Program-made: the position numbers and the translations under genes | Notes under the pieces: model-generated | What the model saw: the letters and a program-made list of their open reading frames with translations, nothing else | Told to the model about the DNA's origin: nothing | Database searches by the model: none | NCBI RefSeq assembly: GCF_000021865.1 | Contig: NC_014034.1 | Span: forward strand, 2,910,001-2,942,000 | Source of the DNA: Rhodobacter capsulatus SB 1003 | Lineage (GTDB): Bacteria > Pseudomonadota > Alphaproteobacteria > Rhodobacterales > Rhodobacteraceae | Reading direction: 5' to 3' | DNA length: 32,000 nt | Shown: one piece after another, positions 7,877 through 16,377 of the stretch | Position numbering within the stretch: position 1 is the stretch's first letter | Layout: each line of letters opens with the position of its first letter

Positions 7877-7976
7877 CGCGCGGCGGCGGGACGCCCGAGC
7901 GGCAACGCCGGGCAGGTTCCCCTTCGGCACCCGGTCACCCCTGCCGCCGCGCCCTTTCAATCCTTCGGAGAACCCC

Positions 7977-8834
7977 ATGGCCTTCCGCATCATCACCGCC
8001 GACGAACGCCTCTCGGCCGCCGAAAACAAGACCTCGCTCGCCATCTTCGGCCCACCGGGCGTGGGCAAGACCACGCTTCTGAAAACCCTGCCCGCCGAGG
8101 AAACCGTCTGCCTCGACCTCGAGGCCGGGATGAAATCGGTGCAGGACTGGCGCGGTGCGTCGATCCCGGTGCGCAGTTTCACCGATTTCCGCGACCTTGC
8201 GGTGCTGATCGGCGGGCCGGACCCGGCGCAGCATCCGCAGTCCTGGTACGGGACCGAACGGCATGCGTGGCTGCAGGCCCAGCACCGCGACAGCGGCATC
8301 GAAGCCTTCCTTGCCTCGCGCCGCATCGTCTTCGTCGACTCGATCACCGATCTGACGCGGCAGGCGATGGCCTATGCCCGCCAGCAGCCCGAGGCCTTCT
8401 CGGACCGGACCGGCAAGCCGGATGTCCGAGGCGCCTATGGTCTTCTGGGGCGTGAGGTCATTCAGGCGCTGAAGCACCTCCAGCACGCGCGCGGCAAGAC
8501 CGTGATCTTCGTCGGCGTGCTGGAAAAGGTGACCGACGACTTCGGTACCGTCACCTGGCAACCGCAGATGGAAGGCAGCAAGGCCGGGCGGGAGTTGCCG
8601 GGCATCGTGGACCAGGTGGTGTCGATGCACCTCTTCGCCCGCGATGCCGAGGGTGGTTGGGTTCTGGACGAGACCGCCACCGACCGCCGCCTCGTCTGCA
8701 AGTCCGGCAACCCCTGGCGCCTTCCCGCCAAGGACCGTTCCGGCCGTCTCGACCTGACCGAACCGCCCGACCTTGGCGCGCTGCTCGCCCGGATCGACGG
8801 CCGCGCTCCCCATCAACCCGCTTTCGCCTCCTGA
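7977..8834 (+). CDS. phage AAA_24 / Sak4-like RecA-fold ATPase, 285 aa
   Basis: Walker A LAIFGPPGVGKTTLL near the N-terminus, Walker B-like RRIVFVDSITDL, and a size and position typical of Sak4-type ssDNA-annealing ATPases. GGAG lies 7 nt upstream of the ATG. Confidence 0.8.
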   Translation: MAFRIITADERLSAAENKTSLAIFGPPGVGKTTLLKTLPAEETVCLDLEAGMKSVQDWRGASIPVRSFTDFRDLAVLIGGPDPAQHPQSWYGTERHAWLQAQHRDSGIEAFLASRRIVFVDSITDLTRQAMAYARQQPEAFSDRTGKPDVRGAYGLLGREVIQALKHLQHARGKTVIFVGVLEKVTDDFGTVTWQPQMEGSKAGRELPGIVDQVVSMHLFARDAEGGWVLDETATDRRLVCKSGNPWRLPAKDRSGRLDLTEPPDLGALLARIDGRAPHQPAFAS

Positions 8835-8855
8835 TCCCTGAAAGGACATGATCCC

Positions 8856-9641
8856 ATGAGCTACGATCTGAACGACGCCCAGCCGCAGATGGCCCCCATC
8901 GGCGAACTGATCCCGGACGGCACCTTCGCAAAGGTGCGCCTGACCATCCGCCCCGGCGGCGTGAACGGCGCGACCCCGGCGGATGCGGGGCTTCTGAAGG
9001 CCTCGCAATCGAGCGATGCCCGGATGCTCGACTGCGAATTCACCGTGGTCGACGGCCCGCATGCCCGCCGCAAGTTCTGGCAGAGCTTCACCGTGGCGGG
9101 CGGCAAACTGGACGAGAAGGGCCAGTCCATCGGCTGGAAGATCTCGAAATCCACCTTTCGCGCCATCGCCGACAGCGCCCTTGGCCTTGATCCAAGGGAC
9201 GAAAGCCCCGCCGCCAAGGCCAAGCGGATTCTGCCCGGCCTGCGGCATCTCGAGGGCATCGTCTTTGCCGCCCGCATCATGGTGGAGCCCGCCTCCAACC
9301 CGCAGTACCGCGACCAGAACCGCATCGCCAACGTCGTTCTGCCCGACGAGCCGCACCATGCCGCCATCATGCGCGGCGAGACCGTGCCTCCGGAGCCCGT
9401 CAATGCTCCGCCGCGCAAGGCCGCGAGCGCCGCGGCGCCGGGCTGGCAGGCCCCGGCACCGGCCTGGGGCTCGGCACAACCGTCACCCGCGGCACCGAAC
9501 TGGGGCGCGGCACCGCAGCCTTCGGCGGCACCGGCGCCCGCCTGGGGGACGCAAAACGCCCCGGCCGCTCCGCCCGCGCCACAGGCCCCCGCGCCCGCCG
9601 CGCCGGGCACCCCCGCCATGCCCGCCTGGCTCAATGGCTGA
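8856..9641 (+). CDS. DUF669-like (putative phage ssDNA-binding) protein with Pro/Ala/Trp-rich C-terminal extension, 261 aa
   Basis: The position immediately after the AAA_24 ATPase and the N-terminus (MSYDLNDAQPQMAPIGELIPDGTFAKVRLTI...) fit recalled DUF669 proteins. The C-terminal ~80 aa are low complexity with repeated (A/N)WG units (GWQAPAPAWG, AAPNWG, APAPAWG, MPAWLNG). Confidence 0.6.
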   Translation: MSYDLNDAQPQMAPIGELIPDGTFAKVRLTIRPGGVNGATPADAGLLKASQSSDARMLDCEFTVVDGPHARRKFWQSFTVAGGKLDEKGQSIGWKISKSTFRAIADSALGLDPRDESPAAKAKRILPGLRHLEGIVFAARIMVEPASNPQYRDQNRIANVVLPDEPHHAAIMRGETVPPEPVNAPPRKAASAAAPGWQAPAPAWGSAQPSPAAPNWGAAPQPSAAPAPAWGTQNAPAAPPAPQAPAPAAPGTPAMPAWLNG

Positions 9642-9723
9642 GGCGCGGCGGAAACGGCGGTCGGGTGGTTCCGCAGGTTCACCCACCGCTGAGACCGATG
9701 GGGCTGGGCCGGGCGACCGGCCC

Positions 9724-9954
9724 ATGACCCCGGACGAATGGCAGGCGCATGTAACGCGCGCCGCTGCCCTGGAGATCGGAAAATGGCTCGAGGCACGAGG
9801 AAGACTGCACCAACCCATCGCAAGCCTTACCCTCGGCGACCTCGAGGCCATGGCGGTGAACGCCATCTCGCGCTGGATCGTGATGCAGTCGGAACGGCTT
9901 CACCGACAGGACTGGCCGCAGGACGACCCGATCGTGACGCTCTTGCTCGGGTAG
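9724..9954 (+). CDS. hypothetical protein, 76 aa
   Basis: Distal part of track ORF 9016..9954, starting at ATG 9724 (MTPDEWQAHVTRAAALEIGKWLEARG...). GC3 counted by hand is high in this frame, unlike the overlapping frame of track ORF 9738..10322. Confidence 0.6.
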   Translation: MTPDEWQAHVTRAAALEIGKWLEARGRLHQPIASLTLGDLEAMAVNAISRWIVMQSERLHRQDWPQDDPIVTLLLG

Positions 9955-9956
9955 CG

Positions 9957-10322
9957 CTTTGCGCTGTCTGCGCCCGGGAGGCCCGCGGCTTCGGCTACGT
10001 CCACCGTCTCCAGCACGACCGCTATCCCTATCACCGCTTCTGCTCGCTCCGCTGTCAGGACGTGGGCAGCACAATCGCTCAAAGGAACAATGGCATGATC
10101 GACAAGACTGCCCGCGAGGCACAGGCCATTCGCGATGCCCGGGTGCTGTTTGCCGAAGCGCTGACCGACCTTGGCCTGATGGCGCCTTTCTTCAACCGCT
10201 CCGCCGCCGATATCGACCGGCTGATCGAGGCGGCCGTCACCGGCTACGTCGACAGCATGCTGGCGCAAGGCGCGCACAAGGAGCGGACCGGCACGGCCCA
10301 TGACGACCCGATTCCGTTCTGA
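9957..10322 (+). CDS. small Zn-finger-like protein ending in an SSB-C-terminal-like DDPIPF tail; start codon unresolved
   Basis: Distal part of track ORF 9738..10322. High-GC3 coding begins right after the stop of the preceding gene: (A)LCAVCAREARGFGYVHRLQHDRYPYHRFCSLRCQD...AHDDPIPF. There is no ATG, GTG or TTG in frame between 9955 and GTG 10059; the first ATG is at 10095. Confidence 0.5.
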   Translation, partial: LCAVCAREARGFGYVHRLQHDRYPYHRFCSLRCQDVGSTIAQRNNGMIDKTAREAQAIRDARVLFAEALTDLGLMAPFFNRSAADIDRLIEAAVTGYVDSMLAQGAHKERTGTAHDDPIPF

Positions 10323-10332
10323 GGGGGCCGTC

Positions 10333-10542
10333 ATGATCGATCTAAACAATGAGGACGCCCCCTGGGCCGACCTTCTCGTCGCCGCGACGGCGAATGCCAT
10401 CACCGACTTCGAGGTCGAGTTCTGCGACAGCCTGCGCCAAAGGCTAGAGAGGTTCGGAGCGCGCGCCCGGCTGACGGAAGCCCAGCATCACAAGCTGACC
10501 TGCATCGCGCAGGCCGGCGGGTTCTGGGAGCGCGACCAATGA
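10333..10542 (+). CDS. hypothetical protein, 69 aa
   Basis: Track ORF 10300..10542, trimmed to ATG 10333 (MIDLNNEDAPWADLL...), which is preceded by GAGGGGG. Confidence 0.6.
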   Translation: MIDLNNEDAPWADLLVAATANAITDFEVEFCDSLRQRLERFGARARLTEAQHHKLTCIAQAGGFWERDQ

Positions 10543-11339
10543 TCGACCTGAACCACGGTTCCGGCTGCAACTATGGCGAGGCTGCGCCGCGTCCACCGGT
10601 CGCCGCCGCCGTCTCGTACGCCATCGATGCCGCCCTGACGGCGCGCAATCGCGCCGAGCGTCCCCGCACCTATGTCAGCTCCTCGGGGTTGGGGCGCGAC
10701 TGCCTGCGCCAGATTCAGTACGATTTTCTCGCGGTGCCCAAGGATGCGGGCCAGGAGTTCGAACCGCGCATCCTGCGGATCTTCGAGGCTGGCCACCGGG
10801 CCGAGGACATCGTCGCGGGCTGGTTCCGGATCGCCGGGTTCGACCTGCGCACGGAACGCCCCGATGGTCGCCAGTTCGGCTTCGAGTCCATGGCGGGTCG
10901 GTTCAAGGGCCATATCGATGGCTGCTTCGTCTCGGGCCCCGTCGCGATGGACTATCCCGCGCTTTGGGAGAACAAGGCGCTCGGCGCTTCCAGTTGGAAG
11001 GATGTGGTCAAGCGCGGCGTCAGCATCGCGCGGCCTGTCTATGCCGCCCAGATCGCGCTTTATCAGGCTTACATGGACCTGCCCAACCCGGCGCTGTTCA
11101 CCGCGCTGAACCGCGACACGATGGAATTGCACGCGGAACTCGTTTCGTTCGATGCCCGCCTTGCGCAGGAGATGTCGGATCGCGCCGTCACGGTCGTCCA
11201 GGCCTCGGCAGCGGGCGAGTGGCTGCCCCGGATGGCCACCGAGCCGACGGCGGTCGTCTGCCGGGGCGGCATGGCCGGTGGGAAGTGGCACGCGCCCTGT
11301 GCTTGGGCGGAGCGGTGCTGGAGGGGCGGCGGTGTCTGA
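10539..11339 (+). CDS. PD-(D/E)XK nuclease of the Cas4/RecB-exonuclease type, 266 aa
   Basis: GHIDG...LWENKAL (D...ExK) and the AAQIALYQAY (QxxxY) motifs match the RecB nuclease family. One N-terminal Cys (GRDCLRQ) plus C-X12-C-X5-C near the C-terminus resembles the Cas4/AddB Fe-S arrangement. ATGA overlap with the upstream gene. Confidence 0.75.
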   Translation: MIDLNHGSGCNYGEAAPRPPVAAAVSYAIDAALTARNRAERPRTYVSSSGLGRDCLRQIQYDFLAVPKDAGQEFEPRILRIFEAGHRAEDIVAGWFRIAGFDLRTERPDGRQFGFESMAGRFKGHIDGCFVSGPVAMDYPALWENKALGASSWKDVVKRGVSIARPVYAAQIALYQAYMDLPNPALFTALNRDTMELHAELVSFDARLAQEMSDRAVTVVQASAAGEWLPRMATEPTAVVCRGGMAGGKWHAPCAWAERCWRGGGV

Positions 11340-12651
11340 TTTTGTCCCCTCGGCGGCGCAGGCCGCCGCCATCGCCGAAGTCCGCGACTGGTTCGAAAAC
11401 CGCACCGAGGATCAGCAGGTGTTCCGGCTCTTCGGCTATGCCGGGTCGGGCAAGAGCACGGTCCTGAAATTCGCTCTCGACGACCTCGGACTGTCACCCC
11501 ACCGCAGCGCAAGGGACGGCAGATGCGTGCCGGGCGTCGTCACCGCGACCTTCACGGGCAAGGCCGCACTGGTCCTGAGCCGAAAGGGCACGCCCGCCCG
11601 CACCATCCACAGCCTGATCTATTCGGTGATCGAGGCGACCGAGGAGGAAATCGCCGCCGCTGCCGCCAAGGTTCAGGAGGCCGAAACCGCCGCGCGCAAG
11701 CTGACCGGTTTCGACAGGACCGCGGCCGAGGCGGGGATCGAGGCGATGCGCCAGGCGCTGTCCGCGATGAAACACCCCCGCTTCGCCCTGAACCCGCAGA
11801 GTGATGCCGCGGATGCGCGGCTGATCGTGCTGGACGAGGTGTCGATGGTGGGCGAGGAGATGGCCCGCGACCTGATGAGTTTCGGCAAGCCGATCCTCGT
11901 CCTTGGCGACCCCGGACAGTTGCCACCGATCAAGGGCGAAGGGGCCTTCACCCGTGACGCGCCCGACGTGATGCTGACGGAGATTCACCGTCAGGCGGCC
12001 GAAAGCGCGATCATCCGTCTGGCCACCATGGCGCGGATGGGAGATCCCATCGGCTTCGGGATCTACGACGCCCATGTCGCCAAGCTGCGCAAGGGCGACA
12101 TCACGCCGGATCAGGCGCTGCGCGGCGGGCAACTGATCTGCGGGCTGAATGCGACGCGCTTCCAGCTGAACAACGCGATGCGCGCGGCGGCAGGACTGGG
12201 CGGGACGTATCTGCCGACCGGCGGGGCGGAAAAGATCATCTGTTTGAAGAACGACAACTCGCTCGGTCTGATCAACGGCATGTTCCTGACCCTCGAGGAT
12301 ATCGTCGATGAGAGTAGCCTCTACTTCTCGGCCGTGGTGCATGACGAAGACGGGCGACGCGTGACGCCATTCGACAGCGACGGCCGTCCGGGCCGGTTGC
12401 GCATCTACAAGGGGCATTTCGAGGATCACGTCGCCTACGATGCCAAGCGCCATGACCGCGACTGGCGGGAAAAGCGCAAGCTGACCGAGGCGACCTTCGG
12501 CTGGGCGATCACCGCCCACAAGGCGCAAGGGTCGCAGTGGGAGAACGTGATCGTCTGGGACGACGGGCTGGGTCGCAGCGAGATGGACCGCCGCCGCTGG
12601 CTCTACACCGCCATCACCCGCGCCGAGCGCGGGCTGGTCCTCCTTGCGTGA
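11332..12651 (+). CDS. RecD/Dda-like superfamily 1 DNA helicase, 439 aa
   Basis: Track ORF 11152..12651, trimmed to GTG 11332 (VSDFVPSAAQAAAIAEVRDWF...). Walker A GYAGSGKST, Walker B LIVLDEVSMVG, then ILVLGDPGQLPPI, LTEIHRQ, AITAHKAQGSQWENVIV and LYTAITRAERGLVLL. Confidence 0.85.
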   Translation: MSDFVPSAAQAAAIAEVRDWFENRTEDQQVFRLFGYAGSGKSTVLKFALDDLGLSPHRSARDGRCVPGVVTATFTGKAALVLSRKGTPARTIHSLIYSVIEATEEEIAAAAAKVQEAETAARKLTGFDRTAAEAGIEAMRQALSAMKHPRFALNPQSDAADARLIVLDEVSMVGEEMARDLMSFGKPILVLGDPGQLPPIKGEGAFTRDAPDVMLTEIHRQAAESAIIRLATMARMGDPIGFGIYDAHVAKLRKGDITPDQALRGGQLICGLNATRFQLNNAMRAAAGLGGTYLPTGGAEKIICLKNDNSLGLINGMFLTLEDIVDESSLYFSAVVHDEDGRRVTPFDSDGRPGRLRIYKGHFEDHVAYDAKRHDRDWREKRKLTEATFGWAITAHKAQGSQWENVIVWDDGLGRSEMDRRRWLYTAITRAERGLVLLA

Positions 12652-12660
12652 GGGGGCGCG

Positions 12661-15216
12661 ATGATCGATCTCAACGATATCGCAAGGCCGAAGGCACGCC
12701 ACGATCTGGCTGCCGTGAAGGATCGGCTGGCGGCGACCGCAGGCGACTGGCTTCCCGGCATATTCCCGGAGGCGCGGCTTGCGCGCGACCGTCGCAGCCT
12801 GAGATGCGCTGACCTTTCCGGCCGGCCGCCGCGCAAGGAGGGGTCGTGCACCATCCACCTCGATGGGCCCTATGCCGGCTGGGGTTTCGACTATGCCACC
12901 GGTGAAAGCGCCGGGCCCATCGATCTGATCGCGCAGGCGACGGGGCTGAGCGACGGCGCGCTTTTCGACGAAGCGGCGCGGATTGCAGGTATGGATCGCC
13001 CCTCGCCCCAATCCGCGCCGCGCCCGAAGCCCGATCATTCAACTGAGGTTATGCGCCTGGTCGATGGCGCCCAGCCGCTCGCCGGAACCGTAGGTGAGGC
13101 ATACTTGCAAGCACGGGGCCTCTGCGATCCGGGATGCCCGGATCTGCTCTTTCACCCCGACCTGCCAGATTTCGACACGCGGCGTGGATGGCCGGGGCTG
13201 ATCGCGTTGCCTCGACTGGCGGACGGCACCCGCGCGCCAGGCATCCACAGGACCTTCCTTTTGGACGATGGCAGCGCCAAGGGCCCGGCTGGCAAGAAGA
13301 TGTTGGGTTCGGTGGCCGATGCGGCCGTGCGCCTGTTCGCAATGCCTGCGGATGGCCATCTTGGCATTGCCGAAGGGATCGAGACTGCCCTGGCGGCGCA
13401 TGCCCTGTTCGGCACCGCCGTCTGGGCGGCGCTGTCCGCGGATGGCCTCGCGCGCTTTCGCTGGCCCGAGGGCACGGCGCGGGTCACGATCTACGCCGAT
13501 GCTGGCGATGCCGGTCGGCAGGCGGCCGCCACGCTCTCGGACCGGCTGAACCGAGCCGACATTCCGAACGAGATCGTGGTCCCGCTGCATGGCGACGACT
13601 TCAACGACGATCTCATGCGTGGCGCACGCGCCGAGGACTATGGCCCGCGCCAGGAGCTTCCGTCCGAAGACCTGCCTGCAGAGACAGAGCATTTGCCGTC
13701 TGCGGGCGACATGATCGCTAACCTGGTGGCGGCCGCCGATGCGCTGACCAACCCGCCCGATATCTCTGCCCTTGGCGAGCTTCTGGGCCGCATTGCCCTC
13801 GCACGGCTGGACCCGTTGCCCGCGCGCCAGATCCTCGCCCGCATCAAAACCACGACCGGCATCGCCATGTCGATCCTCGACAAGCAGCTGGTCGAACTGG
13901 TGAAGCGCGTGAACGCCTCGGGCGATCCCCATGCGCGGATCGCCAAACCTGCCTGGTTCAACCGCATGCGACAGGATCTGGCGGGAACGCCCGAGCGCAA
14001 CGAGGCCAATGTCATCATCGCACTGACGTCCGACATCGCCTTCGCGGGCGTGCTGGCCTTCGACGAATTCTCCCAGGAGATCGTCGTGCGCCAACCGCTG
14101 CCATGGGATGCCGCGACAGGCCCGTTTCCCCGCCCGTGGGAGGACGCCGACGATGTCCGGACCGCGGAATGGCTGCAGCTGCGCGGGGTCAATGTCGCGC
14201 CGCTCGTGGTCGGCCGTGCCGTTGGCGCCGTCGCCCGCGAACACCGCATTCACCCCGTCCGCGACTGGCTGGAACATCTTCGCTGGGACGGCATCCCCCG
14301 GATCGAGACCTGGACCAGCAGCTACCTCGGCGCCGCACCGACCGCGTTCCATCATACCGTCGGCGCGCTCTGGCTAATCTCGGCCGTGGCGCGCATCTTC
14401 CGCCCCGGCGTGAAGGCCGATCACATGCTGATCCTCGAAGGCCCGCAGGGCGCGCGCAAATCGACAGCCATCAAGGTGCTGGCGGGTGAAGCCTGGTTCA
14501 CTGACGAACTCCCCGAGCTTGGGTCCAAGGATGCCGCCATCCACATGCAGGGCGTCTGGATCGTGGAAATCGCCGAACTCGACGCCATTGGCCGCGCCGA
14601 GGTCTCTCGCATCAAGGCCTTCCTGACCCGCACCACCGACCGCTTCCGCCCGCCGTACGGCCGCTACACAGTCGAGGTGCCGCGCCAATGCGTATTCGCG
14701 GGCACCGTGAACCCCGACACCTATCTGCGCGACGAAACCGGCAACCGCCGCTTCTGGCCGCTCCGCTGCGGGACCATCGACATCGCGGCGCTGGCCCGCG
14801 ACCGGGACCAGCTCTGGGCCGAAGCCGTCCATCGCTTCCGCGAAGGTGCGATCTGGTGGATCGACGATCCGGCGTTGCTGGCCGAAGCTGCTACCGCGCA
14901 GGAAGCGCGCTATCAGGCGGATGCCTGGGACGCCCGTATCGACCGGTGGCTGACGCACGACACCCGCAGCGTCAATCGCGGCCATGCGGGCTATGAGGAC
15001 TGGCAGAACGAAGAGGTTGAGCGTCCAGAGCCTATCCGTGATGTGTCGGTGGGCGAGATCCTTGAAAGTGCGCTCGGCATCGAGCCCGCGAAATGGACGA
15101 AGGGCGATCAGATGCGTGTGGGAGCATGGCTGAAATCGAGGAACTGGGAGCGGTACCGCAGTGGCGCGGGCGCGACCCGCGAATGGCGCTACCGCAGGCC
15201 GCAGGGCGGCGGCTGA
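12661..15216 (+). CDS. bifunctional primase-helicase: N-terminal Zn-binding/Toprim primase fused to VirE/D5-type P-loop NTPase, 851 aa
   Basis: Toprim-like LGIAEGIETALAAHALFGTAVWAALSADGL...VTIYADAGDAGRQAA. VirE-family core ...MLILEGPQGARKSTAIKVLAG...VWIVEIAELDAI...IKAFLTRTTDRFRPPYGRY...FAGTVNP. GAGGGGG lies upstream of the ATG. Confidence 0.85.
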   Translation: MIDLNDIARPKARHDLAAVKDRLAATAGDWLPGIFPEARLARDRRSLRCADLSGRPPRKEGSCTIHLDGPYAGWGFDYATGESAGPIDLIAQATGLSDGALFDEAARIAGMDRPSPQSAPRPKPDHSTEVMRLVDGAQPLAGTVGEAYLQARGLCDPGCPDLLFHPDLPDFDTRRGWPGLIALPRLADGTRAPGIHRTFLLDDGSAKGPAGKKMLGSVADAAVRLFAMPADGHLGIAEGIETALAAHALFGTAVWAALSADGLARFRWPEGTARVTIYADAGDAGRQAAATLSDRLNRADIPNEIVVPLHGDDFNDDLMRGARAEDYGPRQELPSEDLPAETEHLPSAGDMIANLVAAADALTNPPDISALGELLGRIALARLDPLPARQILARIKTTTGIAMSILDKQLVELVKRVNASGDPHARIAKPAWFNRMRQDLAGTPERNEANVIIALTSDIAFAGVLAFDEFSQEIVVRQPLPWDAATGPFPRPWEDADDVRTAEWLQLRGVNVAPLVVGRAVGAVAREHRIHPVRDWLEHLRWDGIPRIETWTSSYLGAAPTAFHHTVGALWLISAVARIFRPGVKADHMLILEGPQGARKSTAIKVLAGEAWFTDELPELGSKDAAIHMQGVWIVEIAELDAIGRAEVSRIKAFLTRTTDRFRPPYGRYTVEVPRQCVFAGTVNPDTYLRDETGNRRFWPLRCGTIDIAALARDRDQLWAEAVHRFREGAIWWIDDPALLAEAATAQEARYQADAWDARIDRWLTHDTRSVNRGHAGYEDWQNEEVERPEPIRDVSVGEILESALGIEPAKWTKGDQMRVGAWLKSRNWERYRSGAGATREWRYRRPQGGG

Positions 15217-15245
15217 AGGTAGCTGCAACATGTCCAGCATCGAGA

Positions 15246-15269
15246 GGGCACCCGTTCGGGTGCCCTTTT
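15246..15269 (+). terminator. rho-independent terminator after the primase-helicase gene
   Basis: GGGCACCC-GTTC-GGGTGCCC perfect 8-bp stem followed by TTTT, 30 nt after the stop. Confidence 0.7.
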
Positions 15270-15279
15270 GCGTCTTGGC

Positions 15280-15552
15280 CTTGTCCCACTTCGGGCCTTG
15301 TCCCACTTCAAGCCCAAGGTGGGACAGAAAAAGCCTTTCAAGATCAATGCTGTCCCACCTGTCCCACTTGGACCGCCAACTTCTCCCTTTCCTATACGGA
15401 GCGCATGATTTCCGGTCGACGTCATTCTTCTTTATGCGACGTAGGGAAAAAGGTGGGACAAGTGGGACAGGTGGGACAAGCATTGTTCTGAAAGGAAAAT
15501 TTGACGTCCCACTTGAGCGGTGAATGGGACAGCCCAAAGCGAGGTGGGACAT
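15280..15552. repeat. iteron array (candidate origin of replication): 9 perfect and 2 degenerate copies of GTGGGACA/TGTCCCAC
   Basis: TGTCCCAC at 15282, 15299, 15351 and 15360. GTGGGACA at 15319, 15453, 15462, 15471 and 15544. Variants at 15505 (CGTCCCAC) and 15524 (ATGGGACA). The extended consensus is CTTGTCCCACTT. Spacing is 9 bp in the doublet and the triplet. A relatively AT-rich spacer lies at ~15395-15450. The array fills the 434-bp gap between the primase-helicase and RuvC genes. Confidence 0.7.
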
Positions 15553-15650
15553 GGATGCGGTCGGGAGCATTTTCCTTGATCGAGTGCCTGCAACGTGATT
15601 CCCTGCTCATGACCAAAGCCGAAGGCCCACGATCCAGGTGAGCCTTCATC

Positions 15651-16172
15651 ATGACCCCGAACTCCGAAGTGCCGGACCAGCGCCTTGAACAGGGGCGCCT
15701 TGCTGTACTCTGCATCCTCGCCCTCGATCTCGGCACATCGACCGGATGGGCGATCCGCAGTCATGACGCCCTGATCACCAGCGGCACCGTCTCGCTGCGT
15801 CCCGGCCGCTTCGACGGCGGTGGCATGCGCTACCTGCGCCTCACCAACTGGCTGACCGAGATCGACCGACTGTCCGGACCAATCGCGGCTATCTGGTTCG
15901 AGGAAGTCCGTCGCCATGTCGGTACGGACGCTGCCCATGTGTATGGCGGTCTGATGGCCACCCTCACGGCATGGGCCGAACTGCGCGGCATTCCTTATCA
16001 GGGCGTTCCGGTCGGCACGATCAAGCGCCATGCCACCGGGAAGGGAAATGCCGACAAGGATGCAATGGTCGCCGCTGCGCGGGCCCGAGGCTTCAGTCCG
16101 GCCGATGACAACGAAGCCGATGCCATCGCTATCCTGCACTGGGCGATCGAGACGAACGGGGGTGTCGCATGA
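15651..16172 (+). CDS. RuvC-like Holliday junction resolvase, 173 aa
   Basis: ILALDLGTSTGWA (catalytic Asp), AIWFEEV (Glu), KRHATGKGNADKDAMV and DDNEADAIAILHWA (Asp) match the RuvC-fold phage resolvase pattern. Confidence 0.8.
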   Translation: MTPNSEVPDQRLEQGRLAVLCILALDLGTSTGWAIRSHDALITSGTVSLRPGRFDGGGMRYLRLTNWLTEIDRLSGPIAAIWFEEVRRHVGTDAAHVYGGLMATLTAWAELRGIPYQGVPVGTIKRHATGKGNADKDAMVAAARARGFSPADDNEADAIAILHWAIETNGGVA

Positions 16173-16369
16173 GGTGGCATCCGAGGGGCTACGGCGGCCA
16201 ACGCCGGGATCCCGAGCAGGTCAAGCGGGATGGATGGCAGGAGCAGGGACTGCTGGCGATTTCGGCGGATGATCCGCGCCTGACGTGGCCCGAGCGAGAA
16301 CTGGTGCGTGAACTGGGCGAAAAGCTTTATGAGCCGCGCATGGCCGAACGTGAGGTCGCAAATGGCTGA
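16169..16369 (+). CDS. hypothetical protein, 66 aa
   Basis: Track ORF; ATGA overlap with the RuvC-like gene stop. Confidence 0.5.
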   Translation: MRWHPRGYGGQRRDPEQVKRDGWQEQGLLAISADDPRLTWPERELVRELGEKLYEPRMAEREVANG

Positions 16370-16377
16370 CTGAACGC

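Noticed and set aside
15280-15552. Possible CRISPR array, suggested by the many short repeats
   Set aside because: The repeats are only 8-12 bp, occur in both orientations, are spaced 9-17 bp apart without unique spacers, and no cas genes are nearby. The pattern fits iterons, not CRISPR.
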